NCBI GenBank assembly: GCA_032654565.1
Contig: JAULAX010000015.1
Location: forward strand, 640,001 to 704,000
Direction: 5' to 3'
DNA length: 64,000 nt
Source: Anaeromyxobacteraceae bacterium
GTDB lineage: Bacteria > Myxococcota > Myxococcia > Myxococcales > Anaeromyxobacteraceae
Positions within the stretch are counted from its first letter, which is position 1. The number at the start of each line of letters is the position of its first letter. Shown here piece by piece: positions 19,605 through 30,913 of the stretch. The translations under genes and the position numbers were made by a program. The notes beneath the pieces are model-generated. The model saw nothing but the letters and a program-made list of their open reading frames with translations, was not told the DNA's origin and ran no database searches.

Positions 19605-20429
19605 TCAGCCGTCGCTGGCCGGCTCCCAGCCGTCGTAGCCGCCGCCGTGGCGGGCGGCCAGCTCGCAGAGCGACCAGCTGACGCCGTGGAGGTGGCGCAG
19701 CGCCACCGCATCGACGCGGCGCAGGTCGACGGCGAAGGGGGCCGGGGGCGGGGCGTCGTCGCGCCGGGCCGCCGGGGTGAAGCCCAGCGCGGCCGCCTCG
19801 GCGGCGAAGGCCTCGCGGGCCTCGGCGCTGGGGAAGGAGGCCTGGTGGTCGATGGGGCGCGGCGCGGCCCCGGTCCCGTGGCGCAGCAGCGCCTCCACCT
19901 CGCGCCGGTCCTCCATCCAGCGGCGGGCGCGCGGCGGCGGGGCCAGCTCGGCGGTCCAGGCCTGCCAGGCCGGATCGTCCTCGCCGTGGGTGGTCACCTC
20001 CAGGCCGGCCAGCCCGGGCGCGGCGGCGGCCAGGGCCTCGCCGACCGGCGCCGCCTCGGGGAGGTAGAAGAGGTGGGCGCGGGTGCCGGCCAGGGTGACG
20101 CGGCCGGCGTAGGCGGCGCCGATGGCGCCGAGCGCGGCGGAGAGGGCGTCCTCGGCGCGGGCCAGGGCCTCCGCCTCGGAAGCGGTGGGCAGGCCGTCGG
20201 GGCCGGCGGCGCGGAGCGGGTAGGAGACGCGCAGCAGCCGCGGCCGGGCCGGGTCGGGGACCCGCCCCTCCAGCGCCAGGTCGAGCGCCACCGCCACCGG
20301 ACCCTCCGGGGCCTGGGCGCGCCAGGAGTCCCAGCCGACGGCGTCGACGGCGGCGTCGGCCGGTGCGGCGGGACCGTCCGGCGCGGCGGCGGGGGTGGGT
20401 CGGGAGAAGAGGTTTCGGAGCCAGCGCAT
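19605..20429 (-). CDS. DUF695 / RraB-like domain protein
   Basis: GLPTASEAEAL, GRVTLAG and EDDPAW motifs, RPIDH...GGGYDGW C-terminus. Confidence 0.7.
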   Translation of the reverse strand: MRWLRNLFSRPTPAAAPDGPAAPADAAVDAVGWDSWRAQAPEGPVAVALDLALEGRVPDPARPRLLRVSYPLRAAGPDGLPTASEAEALARAEDALSAALGAIGAAYAGRVTLAGTRAHLFYLPEAAPVGEALAAAAPGLAGLEVTTHGEDDPAWQAWTAELAPPPRARRWMEDRREVEALLRHGTGAAPRPIDHQASFPSAEAREAFAAEAAALGFTPAARRDDAPPPAPFAVDLRRVDAVALRHLHGVSWSLCELAARHGGGYDGWEPASDG

Positions 20430-20480
20430 GCGACCACCTTTGGATGGCGGGAAGCTAGCACGCCGGCCGCCCCGGCCGCC

Positions 20481-23084
20481 TCACGAAGCCGCGGCCGTCC
20501 CCTTGTGGAAGTGCATGCCCCCGTCCGCGCCCTCGTCGAGCACGATCTCGTCGCCGGCCACGAACTCGCCGCGCAGCAGCCGGGTGGCCAGCGGGTCCTG
20601 CACCAGCCGCTGCAGGGCCCGCTTCAGCGGCCGGGCCCCGTAGACCGGGTCGTAGCCGGCGTCGGCGATGGCCTCGCGGGCCGCCTCGGAGAGGGTCAGG
20701 GTGAGCTTGCGCTCGGCCAGCAGCCGGCGCAGCCGGGCCAGCTGGATCTCGACGATGCGGCCGACGTCCTCGCGCCCCAGCGGCTGGAAGACCACCACCT
20801 CGTCGACCCGGTTGAGGAACTCGGGGCGGAAGGCGCCCCGCAGCAGCTCCAGGGCCGCCTCGCGCACCTGGCCGAGGTCGGCGCCGGCGCCGGCGCCCAG
20901 CCGCTGGATCTCGGCCGAGCCGAGGTTGCTGGTCATGATCACCACGGCGTTGCGGAAGTCGACGGTGCGCCCCTGGCCGTCGGTGAGCCGGCCGTCGTCG
21001 AGCAGCTGCAGCAGCACGTTGAAGACGTCGGGGTGGGCCTTCTCGATCTCGTCGAAGAGGATGACGGCGTAGGGGCGGCGGCGCACCGCCTCGGTGAGCT
21101 GCCCGCCCTCGTCGTAGCCGACGTAGCCCGGGGGGGCGCCGATGAGCCGCGACACGGCGTGCTTCTCCATGTACTCGCTCATGTCGATGCGGACCATGGC
21201 CGCCTCGTCGTCGAAGAGGAACTCGGCCAGGGCCCGCGCCGTCTCGGTCTTCCCCACCCCGGTGGGCCCGAGGAAGATGAAGGAGCCGATGGGCCGGTTG
21301 GGGTCCTGCAGCCCGGAGCGGGAGCGGCGCACCGCCGCCGAGACCGCCGCCAGCGCCTCGGGCTGGCCGACCACCCGGGCCTCGAGCCGGTGCTCCATGT
21401 CGAGCAGCTTCTCCACCTCGCCCTCGAGCAGGCGCGAGACCGGGATGCGGGTCCAGGAGGCCACCACCTTGGCGATGTCCTCGGGGGTGACCTCCTCCTT
21501 GAGCATGGCGCCGGCCTTCTGCTGCACCGCCAGCCGGGCGGCGGCGGCGTCGGCGACGCGCTGCGCCTCCGGCAGCCGGCCGAACTTGAGCTCGGCGGCC
21601 CGCTGGAAGTCGGCGGCCCGCTCGGCCTGCTCCTGCTCCACCTTGAGCTTGTCGATGGCGGCGTGGGCGTCGGAGAGCTCCTTGATGACCGCCTTCTCGG
21701 CGTCCCAGCGGCTCTTCTGCCGGGCGAACTCCTCGTTGCGGGCCGCCAGCTCCTGCTCCACCTCGGCGAGGCGGGAGCGGCTGGCCGGGTCCTTCTCCTT
21801 GAGCAGGCCCTGCTTCTCGATCTCCAGCTGGCCGACGCGGCGGCGCACCTCGTCCACCTCGGTGGGCATGGAGTCGATCTCGATGCGCAGCCGGCTGGCC
21901 GCCTCGTCGATCAGGTCGATGGCCTTGTCGGGCAGGAAGCGGTCGGCGATGTAGCGGTGGCTCAGGCGGGCGGCGTCCACCAGCGCCGCGTCCTGGATGC
22001 GGACCCGGTGGTGCAGCTCGTAGCGGTCCTTCAGGCCGCGCAGGATGGAGACGGTGTCGGCCACCGAGGGCTCCCCCACCATGACCGGCTGGAAGCGCCG
22101 CTCCAGGGCCGGGTCCTTCTCCACGTGCTTGCGGTACTCGTCGATGGTGGTGGCGCCGATGGCGTGCAGCTCGCCGCGGGCCAGCGCCGGCTTGAGCATG
22201 TTGCCGGCGTCCATGGCCCCCTCGGCGGCCCCGGCGCCGACGATGGTGTGCAGCTCGTCGATGAAGAGGACGATCTCGCCGGCCGAGTCGACCACCTCCT
22301 TGAGCACGCCCTTCAACCGCTCCTCGAACTCGCCGCGGAACTTGGCGCCGGCCACCAGCGCGGCCAGGTCGAGCGAGAGCAGCCGCTTGCCCTTCAGCCC
22401 CTCGGGCACGTCGCCGTCGACGATGCGCCGCGCCAGCCCCTCGGCGATGGCGGTCTTGCCCACGCCGGGGTCGCCCACCAGCACCGGGTTGTTCTTGGTG
22501 CGGCGCGAGAGGATCTGGATGACCCGGCGGATCTCGTCGTCGCGCCCGATGACCGGGTCGAGCTTGCCGGCCCGGGCCAGCGCGGTGAGGTCCCTGGTGT
22601 ACTTCTCCAGGGCGCGGTACTGGCTCTCCGCCTCCGGGCTGCTCACCCGGGCGCCGCCGCGCAGCTCCTTCACGGCCCCCTGGATCCGCTCGGCGGTGGC
22701 GCCGGCGCTCCGCAGCGCCTCGCCCACCGGCCCCTTCTCCCCGGCGGCCGCCAGCAGCAGGTGCTCGGTGGAGACGTAGTCGTCCTTGAGCTTCCGGGCC
22801 TCGTCCTCGGCCCGGTCGAGCAGCTTGGCCAGCCGCTGCGCCAGGTGCTGCTCGCCCCCCTCGACGCGGGGGCGGGTGCGCAGCTCGTCCTCGAGGCGGG
22901 CGCGGACCCGGTCGGGCGGGGCGCCGATCTTCTCGAGCAGCGGGCCGGCCAGCCCCTCCGGCTGGTCGAGCAGGGCCAGCAGGAGGTGCTCGACGTCGAC
23001 CGACTGGTGATCGCGACGGCGCGCCTCGGTCTGGGCGCCGCTCAGCACCTCCTGGGCCTTCACGGTGAAGCGGTCGGGTCGCAT
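20481..23084 (-). CDS. clpB: ATP-dependent chaperone ClpB
   Basis: Two Walker A motifs ([16 protein letters not shown]), M-domain coiled coil, GARPLKR. Confidence 0.98.
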   Translation of the reverse strand: MRPDRFTVKAQEVLSGAQTEARRRDHQSVDVEHLLLALLDQPEGLAGPLLEKIGAPPDRVRARLEDELRTRPRVEGGEQHLAQRLAKLLDRAEDEARKLKDDYVSTEHLLLAAAGEKGPVGEALRSAGATAERIQGAVKELRGGARVSSPEAESQYRALEKYTRDLTALARAGKLDPVIGRDDEIRRVIQILSRRTKNNPVLVGDPGVGKTAIAEGLARRIVDGDVPEGLKGKRLLSLDLAALVAGAKFRGEFEERLKGVLKEVVDSAGEIVLFIDELHTIVGAGAAEGAMDAGNMLKPALARGELHAIGATTIDEYRKHVEKDPALERRFQPVMVGEPSVADTVSILRGLKDRYELHHRVRIQDAALVDAARLSHRYIADRFLPDKAIDLIDEAASRLRIEIDSMPTEVDEVRRRVGQLEIEKQGLLKEKDPASRSRLAEVEQELAARNEEFARQKSRWDAEKAVIKELSDAHAAIDKLKVEQEQAERAADFQRAAELKFGRLPEAQRVADAAAARLAVQQKAGAMLKEEVTPEDIAKVVASWTRIPVSRLLEGEVEKLLDMEHRLEARVVGQPEALAAVSAAVRRSRSGLQDPNRPIGSFIFLGPTGVGKTETARALAEFLFDDEAAMVRIDMSEYMEKHAVSRLIGAPPGYVGYDEGGQLTEAVRRRPYAVILFDEIEKAHPDVFNVLLQLLDDGRLTDGQGRTVDFRNAVVIMTSNLGSAEIQRLGAGAGADLGQVREAALELLRGAFRPEFLNRVDEVVVFQPLGREDVGRIVEIQLARLRRLLAERKLTLTLSEAAREAIADAGYDPVYGARPLKRALQRLVQDPLATRLLRGEFVAGDEIVLDEGADGGMHFHKGTAAAS

Positions 23085-23255
23085 GGCGCCAACCTAAGAC
23101 CGGGATCGCCCTTGGCAAGCGGCGCGATGCCGCAGCGCGTCATCGACCGGAGCGCGGCCTCCCCGTGCTAACTTCCGGTCCGCCCGTTATCTGGAGGCTT
23201 CCCCCGCCATCCACCCCGGCGCCTTCTGCCCGCGCCGCTGCCAAGGAGAACGAAG

Positions 23256-24503
23256 ATGAAGCGACTGCTCGGACTGCTGCTCTGCCTCGCCGCCACCCCG
23301 GCCCTCTCGGCCGACACCATCAAGCTGGCCCTCACCGGCCCGTACTCGGGCGGCTCCGCCCCCATGGGCACCTCCACCCGGGACGGCTCCAAGCTGGCCA
23401 TCGCCGAGATCAACGCCGCCGGCGGCATCCAGGTCGGCGCCAGGAAGCTGAAGATCGAGATCATCGAGCGCGACGACGAGGCCAAGAACGAGCGCGGCGC
23501 GCTCATCGCCCAGGAGCTGGCGGCCATGGCCGACCTCTCCGGCGTCATCGGCAGCGTCAACACCGGCGTGGTCATGGCCGGCGACAAGCACCTGCAGGAG
23601 AGGGGCATCACCAAGATCATCTGCCCGGCCGCCGGCTCGGCCTCCATGACCCAGTGGCTCGACAAGCCGGCCACGGGCGACAAGCCGGCCGTCCCCGGCC
23701 CCAAGCAGCTCTCGATGTTCCGCTTCGCCGCCCACGACGGCATCCAGGCCGCCATGGTGGTCGAGGAGGCCATCAACCGGAAGCTCACCAAGGTGGCCCT
23801 CTTCGCCGACGCCACCAACTACGGCGCCTCCGGCCTGGCCGACATGCGCGACCAGATCAAGAAGCAGGGGAACAAGCTCGAGGTGGTCACCGAGGAGAAG
23901 TGGGCCATCGGCGACAAGGACATGACCGCGCAGCTGCTCAAGGCCAAGTCGCTCGGCGCCCAGGCCATCCTCATCTGGGGCATCGGCCCGGAGCTGGCGG
24001 CGGTCTCCAACGGCATGGCCAAGCTCGGCCTCAAGGTCCCGCTCATCGGCGGCTGGCCGCTCTCCATGTCCAACTACCTGGACAACGCCGGCGCCAACGG
24101 CAACGGCACGCTCATGCCGCAGACCTTCATCGAGGAGCCCATCACCCCGCGCGCCAAGGGCTTCATCGACTCCTACCACGCGGCCTACGGCGTCAAGCGC
24201 ATCCCCTCGCCGGTCTCGGCCGCCCAGGGCTACGACGCCGTGCTGGTCTTCGCCGCCGCCGTCAAGCAGGCCGGCAGCACCGACAGCCTGAAGATCCGCG
24301 ACGCCCTCGAGGACCTCAAGGAGCCGGTCGACGGCGTCATCGCCCTCTGGAAGAAGCCCTACTCGAGGTGGAGCCCCACCGACGTCACCACCCACGAGGC
24401 CTTCCGCCGCGAGCAGACCATCATGGGCATGGTGCAGGACGGCCGCGTGGTCTTCGCCAACGAGGCCGACAAGGCCCGCCTGGCCAAGCGCGGCGCCAAG
24501 TAG
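23256..24503 (+). CDS. branched-chain amino acid-type ABC transporter substrate-binding protein (LivK-like)
   Basis: Signal peptide, EINAAGGI, AQGYDA; first gene of a liv-type operon. Confidence 0.9.
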   Translation: MKRLLGLLLCLAATPALSADTIKLALTGPYSGGSAPMGTSTRDGSKLAIAEINAAGGIQVGARKLKIEIIERDDEAKNERGALIAQELAAMADLSGVIGSVNTGVVMAGDKHLQERGITKIICPAAGSASMTQWLDKPATGDKPAVPGPKQLSMFRFAAHDGIQAAMVVEEAINRKLTKVALFADATNYGASGLADMRDQIKKQGNKLEVVTEEKWAIGDKDMTAQLLKAKSLGAQAILIWGIGPELAAVSNGMAKLGLKVPLIGGWPLSMSNYLDNAGANGNGTLMPQTFIEEPITPRAKGFIDSYHAAYGVKRIPSPVSAAQGYDAVLVFAAAVKQAGSTDSLKIRDALEDLKEPVDGVIALWKKPYSRWSPTDVTTHEAFRREQTIMGMVQDGRVVFANEADKARLAKRGAK

Positions 24504-24574
24504 CGGCCTGACCTGACCCGGGGGGGCGGTCACCGCCGCCTCCCCGGCCTCCCCCTGCCGTCCCCCGGACCCCC

Positions 24575-25483
24575 GTGCCCTTCTCGATTGTCGCGCAGAT
24601 CGCCGTGAGCGGAGCGCTCATGGGGCTGGTCTACGCCCTCGTCGCCTACGGCTTCCAGCTCACCTTCGCCACCTCCAAGAGCATCAACTTCGGCCAGGGC
24701 GAGCTGGTGATGGTCTCGGCCTTCGCCAGCCTCACCCTCATCAACCTCGGCACCCGGCTGTTCCCGGGGGTGTCGCTCGGCCTCCTCTACCTGGCGGTGG
24801 TGCCGCTCGGCCTGCTCTTCGGCGCCCTGCTCGGCCTGGTGGTGGAGCGGACCGCGGTGCGGCTGGCGCTGGAGCAGAAGAGCGAGGGCTGGATCCTGCT
24901 CTCCATCATCGTCGGCCTCTTCCTCTTCTCCGCCGCCGAGAACGTCTGGGGGCGCGACGACCGCCCCTTCCCCACCCCCATCCCCGACGCCTCCTTCCAC
25001 CTGCTCGGCGTCGACGTCACCTGGCGCGAGGTCTCGGTGCTGGTGGGCGTGCTGGCCATCATGGGGATCATCGAGACCTTCAAGCGCACCACCCTGCTCG
25101 GCAAGGCCTTCGAGGCCGTCTCCGCCGACCGCGACGCCGGCGAGCTGATGGGCATCTCCGCCACCCGCACCGTCATGCTCTCCTACGGCCTCTCCGGGAT
25201 GGTGGCGGCGCTGGCCGGCATCCTGGTCTCGCCGATCACCACGGTGGGGCCGACCATGGCCTCGGCCATGATCCTCAAGGCCTTCTCGGTGGCGGTGGTG
25301 GCCGGGCTGGAGTCGGGCTTCGGCGTGGTGCTGGTGGGCGTCGGGCTGGGGGCGCTGGAGGGGCTGGCCAGCCTCTACATCGGCAGCGGCTGGCGCGAGG
25401 CCCCCGGGCTGGTGCTGCTCATCCTGGCGCTGGCCGTCCGCCCCACCGGGCTCTTCGGCAAGGCCGTCATCCGGAAGGTCTAG
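24575..25483 (+). CDS. LivH-like ABC permease
   Basis: INFGQGELVM and RPTGLFG motifs, hydrophobic. Confidence 0.9.
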   Translation: MPFSIVAQIAVSGALMGLVYALVAYGFQLTFATSKSINFGQGELVMVSAFASLTLINLGTRLFPGVSLGLLYLAVVPLGLLFGALLGLVVERTAVRLALEQKSEGWILLSIIVGLFLFSAAENVWGRDDRPFPTPIPDASFHLLGVDVTWREVSVLVGVLAIMGIIETFKRTTLLGKAFEAVSADRDAGELMGISATRTVMLSYGLSGMVAALAGILVSPITTVGPTMASAMILKAFSVAVVAGLESGFGVVLVGVGLGALEGLASLYIGSGWREAPGLVLLILALAVRPTGLFGKAVIRKV

Positions 25484-25493
25484 GAGCCACCCC

Positions 25494-27452
25494 GTGCTGA
25501 AGCGCCTCCTCCTCGTCCGCGGCACCGAGTTCCTGCTCTTCGCGCTGCTGGCGGCCATCCCGCTGGCGGTGCAGAGCCCCTACGCGCTGGGGCTGCTGAC
25601 GCTGCTGGCCATCTACGGCATCCTCCTCATCGGCCTCGACGTCACCGTCGGCTACCTCGGCCAGGTCAACCTGGCCCAGGCCGCCTTCCTCGGCATCGGC
25701 GCCTACACCGCCGGCATCCTCACCACCCGCTGGGGCGTCGGCCTCCCCATGGCGGTGCTGGCGGCCGGCGCCGTCTGCACCGTCCTGGGCGCGCTGCTGG
25801 CGCTCCCCTCGCTGCGGCTGGAGGGGCCGCAGTTCGCGCTGGCCACCCTGAGCTTCCTGGCCCTCACCACCACCGTGCTCACCGAGGTGGAGTGGCTCAC
25901 CGCCGGCTCGCAGGGGCTCTCGGTGGACCGGCCGCCGCTCTTCGGGGTGGCGCTGACGCCGCGCCTCTTCTTCTGGCTCTGCCTGCTGGTGCTGGCGGTG
26001 GTCTGGATGGCGATGCGCAACCTGCTCTCCGGGCAGTGGGGGCGGGCCTTCGAGGCGCTGCGCGACAGCCCCATCGCCACCGACGCCATGGGGGTGGGCA
26101 CCTACCGGCACAAGGTGGCGGCCTTCGCCTTCGGCTCCGGCCTGGGCGGGGTGGCCGGCGCCCTCTACGCCTACAACTTCCAGTACCTGCAGCCGCAGAG
26201 CTACGTCTACGAGCTGACCGTGGTGCTGCTGCTGGGCGTGGTGCTGGGCGGCCGCAAGAGCCTGTGGGGCGCCTTCGTGGGGGCCACCCTGGTGGCGCTG
26301 CTCCCCAACCTGCTCAGCAACCTGCTGCTCTTCCGCGCCTTCGCGGCCGTCGGCTTCGCCATGGCCCTCTTCGCCGGTGTGCGCGGCCTGCGGCGCCGCG
26401 CCGCCGGGCGCTTCCAGGCGCTGGCCCCGGTGGTGGCCACCGGCGCGCTGGTGCTCGGCTCCTTCCTGGAGAAGAACACCGAGGACTGGCGCAAGGCCAT
26501 CTTCGCCCTGATGCTCTTCTCGGTGGTGGTGGGGCTGCCGGAGGGGCTGATGGGCTTCGCCGCCGGCGCCCTGGCCCGGCTCTTCCGCGTGGCGCCGCCG
26601 CCGCTGCCGCCGGCCGCCGCGCTCGACGCCGTGCTGCCGCCCCGGGCCACCCGGGGCGAGCCGCTGCTGGAGGTGCGGGCCCTGCACCGCCACTTCGGCG
26701 GGGTGCGGGCGGTGGACGGCGTCGACCTGACGGTGACCGCCGGCACCATCCACGGCCTGATCGGCCCCAACGGCTCGGGCAAGAGCACGCTGGTCAACGT
26801 GGTCTCCGGCCTCTACACCCCCACCTCGGGCGAGCTGCTGCTGCGCGGGGCGCCGCTGCCCCGGGGCAGCCTCTTCAAGGCGGCCCGGGCCGGGGTGGCC
26901 CGCACCTTCCAGAACCTGCAGCTCTTCACCGGCATGACCACGCTGGAGAACGTCATGGTGGCCCTGCGCGGCGCCTACCGCCTGCCGCTGCCGCTGGTGC
27001 TGGCCGGCCTGGGGCGGGGCGAGGAGCGGCGGGCCCAGGCCGAGGCCCTGGCCCTGCTGGAGCTGGTCGGCCTCGACGGCGAGGCCCGCACCCCGGTCAA
27101 GGACCTCACCTACGGCGCCCAGCGCTTCCTGGAGATGGCGCGGGCGCTGGCCCGCAAGCCGGAGCTGCTCATCCTCGACGAGCCGGCTGCCGGCCTGGCC
27201 CACCCGGACGTGGTGCGGCAGGTCGAGGTGATCCGGAGCATCCACGCCCGCGGCGTCACCATCGTGCTCATCGAGCACCACATGGACGTGGTGACCTCGC
27301 TCTGTGACGTGGTCACCGTGCTCGACGGCGGGCGGGTCATCGCCGAGGGGAAGCCCGGCGACGTGAAGCGCCACCCCAAGGTGATCGCCGCCTACCTCGG
27401 CACCACCGCCGACGAGGCCGGCCCCGCCGAGGGCGCGCCGGCGGCGGGCTGA
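25494..27452 (+). CDS. fused LivM permease / LivG ATPase
   Basis: N-terminal permease (GYLGQVNLAQAAF) plus C-terminal GPNGSGKS and LILDEPAAG. Confidence 0.9.
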   Translation: MLKRLLLVRGTEFLLFALLAAIPLAVQSPYALGLLTLLAIYGILLIGLDVTVGYLGQVNLAQAAFLGIGAYTAGILTTRWGVGLPMAVLAAGAVCTVLGALLALPSLRLEGPQFALATLSFLALTTTVLTEVEWLTAGSQGLSVDRPPLFGVALTPRLFFWLCLLVLAVVWMAMRNLLSGQWGRAFEALRDSPIATDAMGVGTYRHKVAAFAFGSGLGGVAGALYAYNFQYLQPQSYVYELTVVLLLGVVLGGRKSLWGAFVGATLVALLPNLLSNLLLFRAFAAVGFAMALFAGVRGLRRRAAGRFQALAPVVATGALVLGSFLEKNTEDWRKAIFALMLFSVVVGLPEGLMGFAAGALARLFRVAPPPLPPAAALDAVLPPRATRGEPLLEVRALHRHFGGVRAVDGVDLTVTAGTIHGLIGPNGSGKSTLVNVVSGLYTPTSGELLLRGAPLPRGSLFKAARAGVARTFQNLQLFTGMTTLENVMVALRGAYRLPLPLVLAGLGRGEERRAQAEALALLELVGLDGEARTPVKDLTYGAQRFLEMARALARKPELLILDEPAAGLAHPDVVRQVEVIRSIHARGVTIVLIEHHMDVVTSLCDVVTVLDGGRVIAEGKPGDVKRHPKVIAAYLGTTADEAGPAEGAPAAG

Positions 27453-27467
27453 GGCCCGGGAGAACGA

Positions 27468-28184
<717 letters not shown>

Positions 28185-28219
28185 GGTGCGGCGACGCCGC
28201 GGCCCGGGCGGCACGGTGC

Positions 28220-28283
28220 CCGCCTCCCCCAAACGCGAGTTCTGACGTCAGAACTCGCGAAAGAGGGGCTCTGGGCGGGACGC
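28220..28283. repeat. 64-bp palindromic repeat, copy 1 (contains a perfect 26-bp palindrome at 28234-28259)
   Basis: cgcgagttctgac|gtcagaactcgcg; 51/64 identical to copy 2 by manual alignment. Confidence 0.85.
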
Positions 28284-28295
28284 GAGGACGAGCGA

Positions 28296-28466
28296 ATGAA
28301 GGCACTGAAGGCACAGGTCGCCAACTGCGGGGACTCCTTCGACGACGAGGAGCGCGAGCGGCTGCACCAGGCCATCGATCGGGGCTTGGAGGACGGGCGG
28401 GAGGGGCGGACCACCGACGCCCGGCAGGTCCTGGCGGAACTGCGGGCGAGGGCTGCGGGCCGGTGA
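28296..28466 (+). CDS. small acidic antitoxin-like protein (56 aa), possibly internally deleted
   Basis: Not in the ORF track. GAGGA RBS; MKALKAQV...FDDEERERLHQAIDRGLEDGREGRTTDARQVLAELR resembles the C-termini of antitoxins paired with RelE/ParE toxins. Confidence 0.55.
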   Translation: MKALKAQVANCGDSFDDEERERLHQAIDRGLEDGREGRTTDARQVLAELRARAAGR

Positions 28467-28485
28467 AGGTCGGCGGTGCGGCGAT

Positions 28486-28549
28486 CCGCCTCCCCCAAAA
28501 GCGATTCCCGACGTCGGGGTTCGCCAAAGGGGGGCTCCAGTCGGGACGC
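28486..28549. repeat. 64-bp palindromic repeat, copy 2
   Basis: gcgattcccgacgtcggggttcgc core within the same flanks as copy 1. Confidence 0.85.
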
Positions 28550-28671
28550 AATGCTCCGCGATTCGTTAGGCCCGTAGGGCTGCCGCCCTCCCTGCCGTGA
28601 GCGAGGCCATCAACGACGCCGTCGACCAATGGGACGAACTGAAGCTGCTGCAGCGCCAAGACCACGCTTGC

Positions 28672-28944
28672 TCACCGCAAGCGCAGAAAGTAGTTCCCCT
28701 CAAAGTTCGCGGCGACGTTCTCGTCTGAGTCGAACTCGAAGGCCACCTTGAGCCCCTCGGGTTTACCTCGGCCCACGCGCTCCAGCTCGAGAGACACGAA
28801 GTCGACCATCTCCTGGCTGATTCCTGACGCCTTGCAAGCTTCGAGGTCCGTCTCCTCAGCCATCCGCGATGCCCAGGCGAACCTTGCCGGGCCGGGGATC
28901 CAGCCTGATGAAGTCATCCCATGTCCTTCTGTCCCGCCCACCAT
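28672..28944 (-). CDS. small hypothetical protein or remnant with atypical codon use
   Basis: Protein-like C-terminus FEFDSDENVAANFEGNYFLRLR; more A/T than neighbours; start uncertain. Confidence 0.45.
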   Translation of the reverse strand: MVGGTEGHGMTSSGWIPGPARFAWASRMAEETDLEACKASGISQEMVDFVSLELERVGRGKPEGLKVAFEFDSDENVAANFEGNYFLRLR

Positions 28945-29031
28945 CTTGCATGAATCCGCGGCCCCGCGAATAGAAGGCGACCGCGAGCCGGGGCGGGGCT
29001 AGGATTCAACCTCACGTTCCCGGAGGTACTG

Positions 29032-30030
29032 ATGCGCACCACCGTACTCGGCGCCGGCTCCTGGGGTACCGCCCTCGCCTCCCTGCTGGGGAGCAAGGGC
29101 CACGTCGTCACCGCCTGGGACAAGGACGCCAAGGTGCTGGAGGACCTGGCGCAGCACCACCGCAACGAGCGCTACCTCCCCGGCATCCCCATCTCCGCCA
29201 ACGTCCACTCCTCGCCCGACATCCACAAGGCGCTGGAGGGGGCCGAGCTGGTGGTGCTGGCGGTCCCCTCCCACGTGGTCCGCAGCGTCTCCATCGAGAT
29301 GAAGCGCCACGTCCACGCCGGCACCCCCATCGTCTGCGTGGCCAAGGGGATCGAGGCCGACACGCTCATGACCATGAGCGAGGTGCTGGAGGACGTCCTG
29401 CCGGTGCCCCTCCACCCCTACATCGCCATCCTCTCCGGCCCCTCCTTCGCCAAGGAGGTGGCCACCGGGCTGCCCACCGCGGTGACGGTGGCGGCCCGCT
29501 GGGAGCGGATCGCCCGGCAGGTGCAGGACGCCTTCCACTGCAAGACCTTCCGGCCCTACACCTCGGGGGACGTGGTCGGCGTGGAGATCGGCGGCTGCGT
29601 GAAGAACGTGGTGGCCATCGCCGCCGGGATGTCCGACGGCTGCGGCTTCGGCGCCAACGCCATGGCCGCCCTGATCACCCGCGGGCTGGCCGAGATCTCC
29701 CGGCTGGCGGCGAAGAAGGGGGCCAACCCGCTCACCCTCTCCGGCCTCTCCGGGCTGGGCGACCTGGTGCTCACCTGCTCCTCCGACCTGTCGCGCAACC
29801 GGACGGTGGGGCGCGGCCTGGCCGACGGCAAGACCCTGCAGGCCATCCAGCTGGAGATCGGGCAGGTGGCCGAGGGGGTCCGCAACGCCGCCACCACCCG
29901 CGACCTGGCCGCCCGGCTCGGCGTCGAGATGCCCATCACCGAGACCGTCTACAACGTCATCAACAACGGCGTCGATCCGCGCGCCGCGGTGACCACGCTG
30001 ATGATGCGCGAGACCAAGCCGGAGATCTGA
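29032..30030 (+). CDS. gpsA: NAD(P)H-dependent glycerol-3-phosphate dehydrogenase
   Basis: [26 protein letters not shown] and GDLVLTC motifs. Confidence 0.97.
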   Translation: MRTTVLGAGSWGTALASLLGSKGHVVTAWDKDAKVLEDLAQHHRNERYLPGIPISANVHSSPDIHKALEGAELVVLAVPSHVVRSVSIEMKRHVHAGTPIVCVAKGIEADTLMTMSEVLEDVLPVPLHPYIAILSGPSFAKEVATGLPTAVTVAARWERIARQVQDAFHCKTFRPYTSGDVVGVEIGGCVKNVVAIAAGMSDGCGFGANAMAALITRGLAEISRLAAKKGANPLTLSGLSGLGDLVLTCSSDLSRNRTVGRGLADGKTLQAIQLEIGQVAEGVRNAATTRDLAARLGVEMPITETVYNVINNGVDPRAAVTTLMMRETKPEI

Positions 30031-30068
30031 GGGCCGACCCGGCGCACCGACCGGCGGCACCGCCCCGC

Positions 30069-30869
30069 ATGACCAGCACATCGCCGCTCGACCGCATCCC
30101 GCTCCTCGAGGCCCTGCCCCCGGCCGATCGCGCCCGGCTGCAGGGGCGGCTCGCCGAGCTCCGGGTCCCGGCCGGGGGCGTCATCTTCAACCGCGGCGAC
30201 CAGGGTGACCGGCTCTTCGTGCTGGCCGAGGGGAGCGCGGAGGCCTACCTGCCGCCGGAGGGCGGGGCCTCGCGGGTGCTGCTGCGGCGGCTCGGGCCGG
30301 GGGACCACTTCGGCGAGCTGGCGGTGGTCGACGGCGGCCTGCGCACCGCCTCGGTGGCGGCGGTGACCGAGGTGCGGCTGCTCACCCTGGCACGCCAGGA
30401 CTTCCTCGACGCGGTGCTGGCCTCGCCGCAGGGGGCGCGGGTGCTGGTGGAGGCGATGGCCCAGCAGCTGCGCCTCTCCGCGGCGCTGCTCACCGGCCGG
30501 GCCAGCCGCAACACCGTGCTGGAGCTGGAGGCGGCCCGCAGCCTCTCCGACACCGTGGCCGAGCGGGTGGCCCGCTGGAACGGCAGCTGGGCCTTCGTGG
30601 CCTTCCTGGTGGTGATCACGGTGGCCTGGTCGGCCTTCAACGCCGCCTCCGACCGGCCCTTCGACCCGTACCCGTTCGTCTTCTTCAACCTGGTGCTGGC
30701 GGTGCTGGTGGCGCTGCAGGGGCCGCTGCTGATGATGGCCCAGAACCGCGAGGTGGCGGCCGACCGCGCCGCCGCCGAGGCCGGCTACCGGGTCAACCTG
30801 AAGAACGAGCTGGCCCTGGAGCGGCTGGTGCGGGAGGTCGAGGAGCTGCGCCGGGCTCGCCCCAAGTGA
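30069..30869 (+). CDS. cNMP-binding domain + DUF1003 membrane protein
   Basis: GDHFGELA...RTASV; FDPYPFVFFNLVL...MAQNR. Confidence 0.85.
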   Translation: MTSTSPLDRIPLLEALPPADRARLQGRLAELRVPAGGVIFNRGDQGDRLFVLAEGSAEAYLPPEGGASRVLLRRLGPGDHFGELAVVDGGLRTASVAAVTEVRLLTLARQDFLDAVLASPQGARVLVEAMAQQLRLSAALLTGRASRNTVLELEAARSLSDTVAERVARWNGSWAFVAFLVVITVAWSAFNAASDRPFDPYPFVFFNLVLAVLVALQGPLLMMAQNREVAADRAAAEAGYRVNLKNELALERLVREVEELRRARPK

Positions 30870-30913
30870 GCCGGGAGTTTCCGCCCTTCGCCGGCCCGGG
30901 CTAGCATCGCCGC

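Noticed and set aside
19647..23171. Long antisense or alternate-frame ORFs (e.g. 19647..23171, 32179..35181, 52742..55981, 60375..63176)
   Set aside because: Shadow ORFs expected at very high GC; they overlap well-supported genes and have Arg/Gly/Pro-rich, motif-free translations
23085..23175. CIRCE operator upstream of clpB
   Set aside because: Only a partial half site (gtgctaa); no TTAGCACTC-N9-GAGTGCTAA dyad
28220..28571. Complete integron attC sites
   Set aside because: Only one GTTRRRY core is evident; there is no matching paired core around the hairpins and no integrase in the window
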